This document shows positions 48,438-60,749 of a stretch of 64,000 bases of DNA, in pieces. Made by a program: the position numbers and the translations under genes. Every line of letters begins with the position of its first letter. The stretch's first letter is position 1. The stretch comes from Chiloscyllium plagiosum (taxonomy: Eukaryota), in contig NC_057719.1 in the NCBI RefSeq assembly GCF_004010195.1, positions 63,510,602 to 63,574,601 on the forward strand, given 5' to 3'. The notes below the pieces were generated by a model, which saw only the letters and a list, made by a program, of their open reading frames with translations, was not told the DNA's origin and did not search any database.

Positions 48438-48937
48438 GAAAAAGTGAGGTCTGCAGATGCTGGAGATTAGAGCTGGAAATGTGTTGCTGGAAAAACGCAG
48501 CAGGTCAGGCAGCATCCAGGGAACAGGAGAATCGACGTTTCGGGCATAAGCCCTTCTTCAGGAAAGAGGGAAGTTTGTCCAGCAGGCTAAGATAAAAGGT
48601 AGGGAGGAGAGACTTGGGAGAGGGACGTCGGAAATGTGATAGGTGGAAAGAGGTCAAGGTGAGGGTGATAGGTCAGACTGGGGTGGGGGCGGAGAGGTCG
48701 GGAAGAAGATGGACTAAGGGGGACAGGACGGTGTCAAGTGACCTATCACCCTCACCTTGACCTCTTTCCACCTATCACATTTCCGACGCCCCTCCCCCAA
48801 GTCCCTCCTCCCTACCTTTTATCTTAGCCTGCTGGACAAACTTTCCTCATTCCTGAAGAAGGGTTTATGCCCGAAACGTCGATTCTCCTGTTCCCTGGAT
48901 GCTGCCTGACCTGCTGCGCTTTTCCAGCAACACATTC
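48438..48937 (-). mobile_element. Penelope-like insertion: pLTR (-) plus inverted partial pLTR (+), with a TSD and two hammerhead cores
   Basis: CAATCCAGTGAGGGAA at 48425-48440 and 48938-48953. Inverted arms of about 200 bp (about 48478-48675 and 48739-48937). Cores at 48534-48561 (-) and 48853-48880 (+). Confidence 0.9.
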
Positions 48938-48999
48938 CAATCCAGTGAGGGAAGTTGGAAGATTTAAGCTGCTATCTTTTTGACGAGAGCCTACTAAGT

Positions 49000-49470
49000 G
49001 AAGGCCTGTCTGTCCTCTAATGTAGACATAGAAGAGCCAATGGCACTATTTTTAATAAGAGTTATAGATACATAGAAAACACAGTAAGATTTCATGCACA
49101 GAAGGTAGTCGTCTGGCACATTATGTCCATACCAGTCGATGAATACCTCGTCACACTAATCCCACTCTCCAAATTTTGATTCCTAAACCCATTGACTGTT
49201 CCACCGCATGTTTTAATGTGATTATGGTTTTTGCCTGTATTACCCTTTGAACTCGTGGGTTCCAGAACCTCACCACTGATGAGAAAGTTGTTCCAGGTGT
49301 CATAGTCAATATTTTTTCAATAATTAGTACAGCATTTCTTTTTGTGGGAGCTTGCTACATGTAAATTGCCTGCTATGTGTCAACACTGACTGTACTTCCA
49401 AAGTACTTTATTGGCTGTAAAGCATTTTGGATCTTTCTGTGGCCATAACAGTTACTATATAAATGCAATT
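49000..49470 (+). mobile_element. Deu-domain SINE remnant interrupted by a CR1 tail (about 49065-49260)
   Basis: 'ccaatggcactatttt...ttgtgggagcttgct...aaagtactttattggctgtaaagcattttgg...tatataaatgcaa'. Confidence 0.55.
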
Positions 49471-50342
49471 TAATTTTAATAACTCAATAGTTACTCATAG
49501 AAATCTAATGTTATATCACTGGGATGCTTTTTTGCCATTATTATGGCAATAATGTTTTTTTCAAATTTAAAAAAAAGTTATGATATTTCAGCTACTTTAA
49601 TCCCATGTGTATCACTGATGATTTGTATTTACTCTGTGGAAATTTTAATTGAGTAGAAGATTTTACTGCATTTTACTTTCTGATTTGCTGTTTGAGAATA
49701 CTTCAGTGTAATTGGCTGCCAACTCCCTGCGGTGATATCACTGTTACTGTATGCCTAGTGTTTGTCTTGATCTTGCACATATCAAGAAAGGGAAACTTCA
49801 TGCCTCAGAGATCACTAGATAACAGAAAATCCCTTTAATACTTCAAAGTACTCTTTTGGTATGATCCTAGATATTGAATATTGTTAGATATTATTACTGG
49901 AGCGAATCATAGATTTACATTTAAATAGTTCCCATTTCTGTCTTTGTTCACTCCTTTCCTCAGCAATATTTTGTGTTTGATTTTGTCTACTTTCTGTGGT
50001 TTTATTTACCCTAATGAAGAAGAGCATATCTTCTCAACATCACAACTATTGATCTCACCCTGCTTGGCTGTTGTATGGAACCCCCTACGTGTTAACCCCT
50101 TAAAGCCAAATACATAACAATATTGTCAAATTTGATGGAATTTTAATGCATTTACTTTAGGGGAAATTTGGCATGTTAATATGCTGCAGTTTTTCTTATC
50201 TGCGATGTTTTGTGTTATGTTGCTGAAAATATTACTGATGAAATACTTAGCAGTTGTAGTAAAATCATGCGTATACTTAGGATGAAGAAGATTATGAGTA
50301 CCACATATGCTTGGTCCAGTTCTTGTTGGATTCATTTGGATA

Positions 50343-50462
50343 TCAAAGTTGAAACTTTATTGCTGGAACAGCACAGCAGGTCAGGCAGCATCCAGGGAAC
50401 AGGAGATTCGACGCTTCGGGCACAGGGTGGGGGTGCAGGTGAATCTGTGGCGGATATGGAAG
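50343..50462 (-). mobile_element. Penelope-like pLTR fragment with a broken hammerhead
   Basis: 50347-50425 is nearly identical to 40115-40194 and breaks off inside stem II. Confidence 0.8.
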
Positions 50463-53400
50463 TTTCATTTGGATATGCCTACTCAACTTCCTCAGTAGGC
50501 ATAATGGGATGTGTTCAAATATTCCCTCCCTGAATCCTTGGGGAAAAATTTACCCAAGTGGAATTCTGCAGATTTTCAGTTTACTCGTGAAGATGGCCTG
50601 TGGGAATTTTCCAAGGGCGGTTTATAAGAGCTGTTTCTTTACAGCAGTCCCTAGCCGATTCAAGGAAGTTCCAGGAGATCTAAAATACTTTGATTAATGC
50701 CAGAAAAACCTTGCCTTCCATCAATGAAGACACACAATTTTGCAATAATGTATCTAATACCATCTCGAAGGATTGCAATGTTGCAGTCTTCATCACAAAC
50801 TCCAGAATCAAAAAAAAGATATCAGTGTATCTAGCCTCCTTCCCACTTCCCTCAGTTTAGTTGTGTGTACTTCTAGTTTTACTTGGCCCCATTGCCTCAA
50901 GCAATTGATCAAAAAGAATACTACTGATGCCTTTAATAGTTCTAAGTAACTGAATCAGATCCTGTCCAATTTCACTATCTTCCTGTGAATCTAACACAAG
51001 ATCCAATTCATTAATAATCATAATAAATGGGTGGGAAGAATAAAACATTGAACTATGGACCAATCCCAAAAGTGACGTGATCCAATTGAAAGAATCCTAC
51101 TTCAAATCAGTCCCTGCTTGAATGTAGATATTTTAACTTAATTTTAACACACTGAATCTTTGCTAGCACTTTATCAAAAGCTTTCAGAAATACAAACTGA
51201 TAAGTTCTACCAGATCTTCATTTATCTGCCATTCCTATATCTAAATATTGGATGAAGTTTGTCAAATAACCTTTGTTTTCTGAATGTTTTCAGCGCTGTA
51301 TGAACTATGAACATTCCATATGGTCATCAGTGGAATCCTTAATGATGCTTTATGCGAAATTCCCTATCAAAGAGGTTAAGTTCAGAAGTGTGCTGGAGCA
51401 AGGTTTGTTTTTATTTAAAATATACACCATTCATGCCATCTTCTGAATATATAGCAGTTCTATTCTTGCTGAATTTTTGAATGGTACTTATTCCAGCATT
51501 ACTTCAGCAATTTTCCTCAGAATCCTAGATTAAATTAAATTTGCAACTTTTCCTTCCCCTCAATGTCTTTCATGCAGTTTCACTTGAGATATGCAAGCAG
51601 CCCATTTGGATTTTTTTTTCACTTATCCATTATACAAATGGATAATGCAATATTTTTACGTGATAATATGAACAAATTATCTGTTCAAATTTCTTGTTGT
51701 CTATAATTTTGGCCATCATCCTCCACACACCTTGTTTATTGTTTGCCTCATAACATTTAACAATTTCGTTCCCATTATTTTTCAGTTGTTCTCCTTTCTC
51801 AATTTATTGTAGTGCACTTACTATTTCCTTTTATTAACATCATCTACTTTTGTATTACGTTTTAATTAACTATTCTTGAAACTTAACTCTTTGTTAGCTT
51901 GGAAACAAATGGACCGTTTAAAGTACAATTGTTTAGAACCCATTATTGAGAATATTTTCCTAGGACTTTGAAGCCTATCACTCTTCCCGCTTCAGCACAC
52001 AGACAGCTGCCTTTTATCTCCAAGTGTAAGCACCAATACCTTCTACCCAGTAAAATAATTTAGATCCTCTCTAACTCTGACAATCAAACTGCCCAAGCTT
52101 GCTATCAGGCAAAATAAGTCACACTACCCCTTTCATTTTATCTTAACAGTCTTATAAATCACATAATTGCAACACAGGAGACATGAAAAATTCTATTTGA
52201 AAATCAGCAGGCAGGTGGGTCTAGTTCATCTTGGGAACATGGTTTCATAGACTGGTTGGACCGAAGGGTCTATTTTCATGCTGTATGGCTGTATCTCTAT
52301 TTATTGGTAGATGTATGTTTAAGAACAAAAATAAAGCTAATTAGCCATTTTTTTTGAAAGCTACAGCATTTTATAGAACACAATAATTATCACTGAGGTG
52401 AATACATAAATACTTTGATTCTAAATGTAGAGATTTGGTGATAGAGGGCGAACAGATTGTAAGCAAAGTAAATAAGTAAAGGGTTACTTTGCACCCAAAT
52501 GTCAAAGTTCTTCCAACTTAATATTCATTAGTTAGTTGTGAAGCACTTGAACGCATATCTGGGTGATGTGATCAAGTCTTACATAAATGTTAGGGTTTTG
52601 TCTATTTTTATGATAACCTGTTACTCTTAAAATATGTTATGCCCTAATTATAAATACATTATTTCCAAAGCTTAGGCATTATTATTCTGTCTTCATGTTT
52701 TAGGTTCATTAAATCATTGTTAACTTTAAGGAGATGCACTTATGATAAATGTGAAAATTCTTTTCTCCTTCTGATCCTTTTACAATGTTCCAGTAGTTTT
52801 TCTGGCAGCATAATGTTCCATCATTCTCATTTATTGTAACACTTGTCATTTGTATTACTTCCCTGGGCACATAAATTTTCTAATGTGCTTGAATTTGACA
52901 TGCTTCAACTTCTGGTTTTTATTTATTTTCACTTCCATTGGTGCCTTTGCTCAGTTGTGATTAAATTTTTTCTATTTATCTGAAAAACCCTTCACCACCA
53001 CACACTGAGTTCATGCTCATCAGGAGACATATTATAATTCATTGCCACATTTCAGCTTGTTGATGTTTTCACTTACTTCATTTTGGTTTTAAAAAGAAGC
53101 TATTTTATTCTTAATATTTGATAGTCTCTTTCTGTCTGCAAGAAGAAAAAGCCTTGCTAAAGACTTTCAATTGATAACCATCAGAACTTTGCTCCAAACA
53201 CATTGATTTCATTTAGTGTTTAATATTTCAAATTGTATGTTTTAAACAAACTTCATATTTGTTTAGAAAAGACTATCTCAAATCCATTAAATTCAAATGT
53301 AGTTTTGAGCACACTGCAACTTCTTTTAACTTTCAGATGCATGTAGGTTCAGTGACTGAAAGAATAATCTGTAAAGTCACAATGCTGTTTCTTTTCTTAA

Positions 53401-53839
53401 CATTCCCCAAAATTTGCTATCATTGTAATGACAAGAAATTTAAAAGTTGAATAAATTTGATTGGTGCATATCATTTTTGTTTCCAAGTTAAAAGCCTTTG
53501 TGAAAAGTATACAGATCTTGTGCACTTTGTAAATTCATATCCATGTCTGCCTCTTAATTCCATTGAATAGTCTGCACTTAAAAAAACACAAACCCTAAAG
53601 TGCGTACAAATTTTCAATCCATCCGATTTCCTTTGATAAATTAAATAGTTAATCTGAAATCCATTTGGAGTAAAATTAATTTCGAGCTCAATTGGATAAA
53701 TCTGTTTAAAATAGAACTTGTTCCTGTTTACAGTTTAGAGACCTAATTAATTGGGTATTCAGAGTAGTTGAAAATATCAGCTGCTTAAACTCTTATATGC
53801 AGAAGCTTGGGAATATATACATGCAGTTCCTTCATCCTA

Positions 53840-54265
53840 CACATCACAGGGCTCACAATCTAAGGACACAGGGTAAGCTATTTATGACTGAGCTGGGGAG
53901 ACCTTTGCTTCACCTAGCGTCTTGTGTGCCTGTGGAATTCACTACCACAAAAGATTTATGCTAAAACATTGAATGTTTTCAAGAAGGAGTTAGAAAAGTT
54001 TTAGGGGTTAAAGGGATCGAAGGGTATGAGGCAAAAGTGGGAACAGACTACTGAATAAGATAAAAGCTGAAAAACTGCAGGTGCTGGAAATCAGAAACAA
54101 AAACAGAAATACTGGAGAAGTTCTGCAGGTCTGTGGAGAGAAATCAGAGTTAATGTTTTAGGTCAAATGATCCTTCCTCAGAACAGTACTAAATAAGATG
54201 ATCATCCATGATCATACTAAAGGCATAGCAGAATCAAAGGGCCGAATGGCCTACTCATGTTGCTC
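53840..54265 (+). mobile_element. CR1 3' fragment interrupted by an old Penelope-like fragment (about 54065-54185)
   Basis: 'agggctcacaatctaagg...tgtggaattcactaccaca...gggccgaatggcctactc'. (A)CTA/GAATAAGAT is duplicated around the insert. Confidence 0.65.
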
Positions 54266-54814
54266 TTTTCTTTATTGTATTGTGCGGTATACAGTGCTTA
54301 TAACCATATCATTGTAGAATAACTGTATATTGAATTTTAGTTTTGTGTTTGAAATTTTGGATTTGCACAAGATATTTTTTCGTTTCAGGTTCGGCAATCC
54401 CACCTGTAAGTAGATACCACATCTCCTAAGATCAAATGTCTTTCCTTACTGTAATATCTAGCACTATGGTATCATGACATGATATCAGTGAAAGCAATCA
54501 GTCTACGGCACTCACATACTTCCAATGTCAAAGCTCCTGTTGTGACCAGAGGACACTCTGAAACTGTTTGGCTCTGTACTGAAAAAGAAACCATTCTCCT
54601 TTTAGAGATTTTTCCTTCACCAGGTTGTTTAAGCTATGTCTGAATGTGTGCTCCCTCATTTATTTATTAACCGGACAAAAATCCAAAGGCTTGACAACAA
54701 CTTCCTTTCCCATGTCCGCAGATGTGAATACCAATCAAATTTGTGGTATCCTGTACAACCACACACTTCCCAAATCATGCAACATGTCGTCTAGATTTGC
54801 CACTTCATACTTAG

Positions 54815-55640
54815 TTATAGAGATACACAGCATGGAAATAGACCCTACATCCAAACCCATCCATGCTGACGAGATATTATATCTAAATCTAGTCCTATTT
54901 GCCAGCATTTGGCCCATATCCCTCTAAACTCTTCCTATTCATTTACCCATCCAGGTGCCTTTTAAATGTTGGAATTGTACCAGCTACCACTACCTCCTCT
55001 GGCAGCACATTTGACCTTTGCTTTTCTCATCTACATCAGCAACTTGCATTTATGCCTTAATGTCTTTAATAAATGCCTCAAAATATTTTGCAAAAGCATC
55101 AGCAGACAAAATTTGAACACTGAATGATAGGATAGTGTAGGATTGATAACTAAAAGCTTAATCAAAGAACTAGATTAAGAAGGAACTTAAAGGAGGACAG
55201 AAGGGCTTACAAACAAGGAACAAGAGAAGTCTATTCAACCCTTCAAGTCTGCTCCACCATTCAGTAACATGATAGCTGAACTCATTTTAACCCCAATTCT
55301 TTCATCCCCTTGGTAATCAATAATCTATCTGCTTCTTCCTTAAAAAAAATTAAAGATTCTGCATCCACTCTATTTTGAGGAAGGGAATTCCAAAGGCTCT
55401 CAACCTTTTCTTAGAGAAGGAAAAAGTCCTTAACTCTATATGTATGACTTTTATTTACTTCAGGGCACAACTTTTGTTCTAGTTTCTCCCAGAGGAGAAA
55501 ACATCTTTTTCACACCCAGCTGGTCAAGTCCCCTCAGGATCCTATTTGTTTAAATTAAGACACCTCTGAATATTCTAAACTCCAGAGGATACAGGGATAC
55601 CATGTCCAACCTTTCCTCATAAGGCAATGCATTCAGCGAA
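54815..55640 (-). mobile_element. CR1 3' tail, L2 remnant and older CR1 fragment
   Basis: 'tagagatacacagcatggaaatagaccc' tail and antisense CR1 body at 55210-55640. Confidence 0.65.
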
Positions 55641-56329
55641 GAAATTTATACATTTCCTTTCAGTAACATCACCTGTAAGTATGGGATCGATATCCACATG
55701 CTGTAACAAAAGTTGTTTCCACTTTTCTGTTATCTCTCTTGATCCTTATGTTTGCTGTTCTTTGTCAGCCAGTTTGGATTATGTGTGGTTTCCTGTGGAA
55801 AGATGAGAGGCATTCAGCTCCTGTCATCAACCATATGTCCCTCTCTGCCCACTATCTTAAAGTTAACTAGACTATTGACATCTGAGCTTCAGCCCACATA
55901 ACCCCTCCATCACAGAGACTTCTAACATTCACTTATCTAATGTCACCAACCTTCACTTCACCTCAACTTATTCGCATCATCTAAACATTTATACTTCTGC
56001 CACTTCAGTTTCTTTATATTGTCTTGTAATTTTCCTAATGTTTGAGACTTGAGACTTTGAAATTCCTTTTCACAGAGAGACATGTGGGGGCATAGTCTTT
56101 GTGTATATTTAAGGTTGAGATAGATCCTTGATCAGTAGGGGAATCAAAGTTTATTAAGAAAGGACAGGAAAGTGGATGCGATGAATGTTTGCTCAGCCAT
56201 GACCCTAATAATTGGTGGAGCAGGCTTAAGGGGTCAGAGAATCAGAGCCAAATCTTTGTTGATGAGGTAAGAGATCGAGAGTAAGATGAAACAGAAAAAT
56301 GTCTCTATAACATTTTGATTATACAATTT

Positions 56330-57370
56330 AGATTAATGACTGAGATAAGCAAACTGAGTACAATATATCCAAGTTTGCCAAAGATAACAAAATTAAGTGA
56401 GATAGTAAGTGCTGAAGTGGCACAAGGAGGCTACAGTGGAATAAAGGCAGTGAGCAAACAATTACACATTATTTTAGTCAGAAATATAAAAGGTAGATTA
56501 TTCTTTTTGAATCTTGAGAAGGTGGAAAAGAGTTTCATTCAGGGGCACTTGTGTATTTTGATAAAGGAATCAGAAATTAATGTACTGATACAGCAAGCAA
56601 TTAAGAAGGCAAATGGGATGTTGCTTTTGTTATAATGGAATTCGTAGCTTTATATTGAATAATTTTTATTAGTTGTACTGGGAATTGGTGAGGCCACACC
56701 TGTAGTAGTGTTCTGTTATTGATACCTTAGCTAAGGAAGGATAAGATCAAAGAATTTTACAGTATAGAAAGAGGCCATTTGTTACCTCTTGTCTGTACCA
56801 GCTCCCAGAAGAGCTACCCAGCTATGCCACTTCTCCAGCCTATCTCCATTGCTCTGTAAATTCATCTCTTTCACATATATATCCATCCTAGGATAATTCG
56901 ATCCTAGAGAGAGTGCAATGAAAGTTCATTAATCTAGATCCTAAATTGGGGAGGTTGCCCTATGAAGGCAGATTAAGCAGAATAGGCTAATATTCTCTGG
57001 AATCTAGAAGACTATAAGGTGATCTACTTGAAATATATGAAATTATTAAGGGACTTGACCATTTATATGCTGAGAAATTGTTTACTCTGGCTGGGAAATC
57101 TAGAATATAGGGTCACTGTCTTGGATATCAATGTTGCCAATTTAAGATTAAGTTGAGCAGAAATTTCTTCTCTCAAAGGGTTGTGAACCTCCAGAATTCT
57201 CTATCTTAGAGCTGTGGATGCTTAATAGTTGAGGATTCTCAAAATAAGAATCATTAGAGTTTTGGTATTAAAGGATATGGGCCTTGTGTGGGAAAGTGGA
57301 GTTGAAATATAAAAATCAGCTGTGATCAACAGCAGAGTCAATGCAAAGGACCAAATGACCAATGCATATG
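56330..57370 (+). mobile_element. Old CR1 ORF2 C-terminal fragment
   Basis: 'QQAIKKANGML', 'ttggtgaggccacacc', 'aggtgatctacttgaaatatatgaaatt' and 'aatttcttctctcaaagggttgtgaa'. Confidence 0.7.
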
Positions 57371-58039
57371 TCTCAAGATCTAATGTTGTCAGTCCTCTTA
57401 AAAGGCAATTGCAAAACATAGTACTTTGTCAGTAACACCGTTTTTGTGCTGAATTTGTTTTCTCCCATAGTACTGTGGGATTTATCTATGAAAGAAAACA
57501 GAAGGAAGCAGCAGTGTTTCTGCCAATGCAACTGTAACCATCCAACTGGAACACTGAGAGTGTTTACCAAGAGGGCCATTCTGCATATTTTGTAATGAGA
57601 TTTAGAATTCCAGTCACAGTACATTGTATGAGAAACACAGAAGATGCTGTTCTACCTCCTGGAGCTCATATCACCACTTTGCTGCATTACTTCATCTTCA
57701 GATTACTGAATCTCACTGCCACCTTTATGTAGATGTGCATCAGAGGCAACTTCATGTTGATGAGAAAGAGATAGTGCTAAAAGTGAAATAGATAGTTTCA
57801 GTGATATTATTTGAGTGCAGCAGTACTGTGATGATTATTTAATTGAAAGGAGAAGATTGACTTCTCAGTTTGGATGTGTTTCCTGTCCACATCTTTGATA
57901 GCTTTTCATCTGAGAAAGGTGATGGACACATAACAAACAATCCGCCTCAAATAGGGTTTTCATTTGGCTGATGGTTTGAGAGGCAGATTCTGCCATAAGT
58001 ATGAGTTACCAAGTGTTGTGGGTTGTTGTTTTGGCATGG

Positions 58040-58385
58040 TAACCATTGCCTAACCACTGAAGTCTCTGTTTCTTGTGATGGTATATGCCAGTCCACAGTA
58101 GGAGTCACCATTTCCCCGTTATCAACTAATGACTCCCAGGTGAAATAATTGCTGTCTAGAGCCCTCATGTCACAATTGCAAGCATCCGTGAAGCAGATGA
58201 GCATCCCAGTGCTCACCTGGCTCCAGCCTCCTTGCTAAACAAAGAGTTCATGAGTCTTTGACCATCTTCCATCTTGTGGCTGTGCCTGGCTCAACGAAGC
58301 AGCCTCTGTTTAATGAGTGCAGACAAATTTGGAAGATTTGCCTTTGAGGGGCATTTTGTCCTCAGTGTTACAATGAAGCTGAGTA
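58040..58385 (-). mobile_element. RTE-clade LINE C-terminal fragment
   Basis: The minus strand gives 'KANLPNLSALIKQRLLR*ARHSHKMEDGQRLMNSLF' and, after a frameshift, 'FTDACNCDMRALDSNYFTWESLVDN'. This matches the RTE 'QRRLRWLGHV.RMEDGR...RFKD.CKRDMKAL...WE.LA' pattern. Confidence 0.7.
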
Positions 58386-60749
58386 AGATAAAGTGAAGAT
58401 GATAGTTATGGGGTGTTTCACAGGAAAAAAAAAATCAGAAGCTAAGAATTGTATAATAGGATAAAACTCATACAAATGCAAAATCAAAGCTGAATAGTTA
58501 AATGTAGAATGGTCCCACTGGGATATTACTGACCTAGATGAGAAATGCTTAGTGTTTAAAAAAAAACGTCAAATACAATCTGAATGCAGAACATGCTCCA
58601 GAGACTTCTGGCCAGCTGTCTATCTAACTACAGAAAACCTTGTAACTGAACTGCAACCATGAAATTAATTTTGTTGGGGATATTACACTGAATCCAATAT
58701 TAGTCTTTTGGAGAAGCTTGAATATATTAAATGGTGGCCTGAAGCACACTACAGGCATCCATCTTTAATTTAAAAATATGGGGTAAAGGGAATTGTTTTG
58801 CTTTCAAGTGTCCCTTTCATGTCTGAAGTTTTTGTTGTGTTTGCTGTTTTGACTTTCATCATATTATTTGTGTATATGTGAGTGTTAAATGCATGAAAGT
58901 GTTGAAAAATATGCAGGCCAAGACAGCTTGTACACTATCTTGTTAAATATGTGGCAACAGCTGTGAAATGAGGTTTGAAGCACACGTTTTAATCCCCAAA
59001 CATACATAATAATAGTATAGCTGGAGACTCAAAATTTGGTTCAACACTTTTATTGCAGCAGAGTAACTAATCCAATTTTACAAGATTATTATGCAAAACA
59101 TGGTAAGACAAGGTATAAATGGCACATCAACGACAACTGCCACTATCATAGAAGAACATGCCAAAGGAATTTAACAGTCATACGAAGAAAATGGACCCAA
59201 GTCAATGAGGTACTGCATAAGATCACCGAACCTTGGTCAAAGATGTTTGCTTCTGTTCTAAGAGGGAGTTTATTGGACGTATAAAAGATTTTGTGGAAGG
59301 AATTCTTGGATCCTTGTGACTGATTAGAGAAGAAAGATGCAGGAGAGGCCAGATTTTATTTGGAGGCTGGGGGCTAATATCTACCTGGTGAAAATTGCAG
59401 AGCCTAGTGATGTGAAAGAATTTTAAATACAAGGATGAAAACTTGACTCCATAATGCCTCACTGCAGATCAGGAAGGAAAAGGTGTGATAATCAAGTGAG
59501 ATTTTAAATTTTATCTTTCATGAGAGTTAAGAATCAACTACATTGCTGTGGGTCTAGAGTCATCTGTAAGCCAAACCAGGTAAAGAAGACAGATTTCTTT
59601 CCCTAAAGACTTCAGTGGTCCAGATGTGTTTTATGACAACCGATTATACTTTCATTGTCCCCATTTCTGAGAGGGAATTTTTCAACTCGAGAAATATTGG
59701 AGAGGAGGCCATGCAGGAATGTATTAGAATAGTCGTGTGATAGATGTCATGGATGAATATTTCATCAGCAAGTAGGCTGAGGTAGAAATAGAGATGGATA
59801 ATATTATTGAGGTAGAAATTGGTATCAAAAGAGGCATAGTTAGGAACAGCAGCAAAGGCTACAGAGAGAACAAGCACCCATAATGTATTATGATCCCAGC
59901 TATGTTATTACTGGTCAAAGCAGATCTCAGATTGAAATCTGGCTTGATAGATTCTTTTGGTGAACAAGATGGTCTTTTACTGAAACACAAGTAGATAATG
60001 CTGCAGATTTGCTGTTCACAATTAAGCAGAAGTTTCTTTTGCAAAAGAACTGAAAATAAAATACAATGACCCAAGCTACATTGCACAAGTTTAAATATTA
60101 TGAAACATACAATAAAATGCAATCCCCTTAATCCCAAAAGCACTCCTTTGCACTACTCACACCAGAGATACTTTTGTTTTCTGTCACATCGGCAAGATTT
60201 GACTTAACCATGGCTTCAATTCCTAGTCTTGAGAATCCAATAGTGTTTTAACCACTGGTGTGGAGCGTTCAAAATATCTCCATACACTAAGATAACTTGT
60301 TTCTTAATGCTTCTAAACTCTCTCCCTTTTTCAGGAGCAACTGTCTTCACATCTAACTTGAGCCAAGATCTCTCCAAACTAAAATCAAAAGCCATTGGTG
60401 TTTCTCCTCAGCCAGAAACAAATTCCAAAGCCTTCTAATTGAAGCCTATGCAACACTCTTTAGTCTATGCTTGTAAAACTTACACAATGAATAAAAGGTC
60501 CAGAGAAAGCAAAACCCCATTGCTCTCCAAAAAATCCCTCTCATACAGTGCTTTAAATGAAATCATTCGTGGCTAGAAATGCTCACAAATTAATCATTAA
60601 GCCACTCCACAGATAGAGACTAAAACCACATGCCACTATTTCAAATTTTTCAAAATATATGCATAATATCACGCACCTTAAATCACAAAGGTGCATTTGT
60701 AGTCACAGCATATGATTCATAACTTTGATTCAAACTATTTTGGTGATGC

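Noticed and set aside
57940-58400. Conserved enhancer with an RFX X-box-like motif, or a minus-strand exon ending CAG|GTGAGC
   Set aside because: The sequence is better explained as decayed RTE LINE coding sequence.
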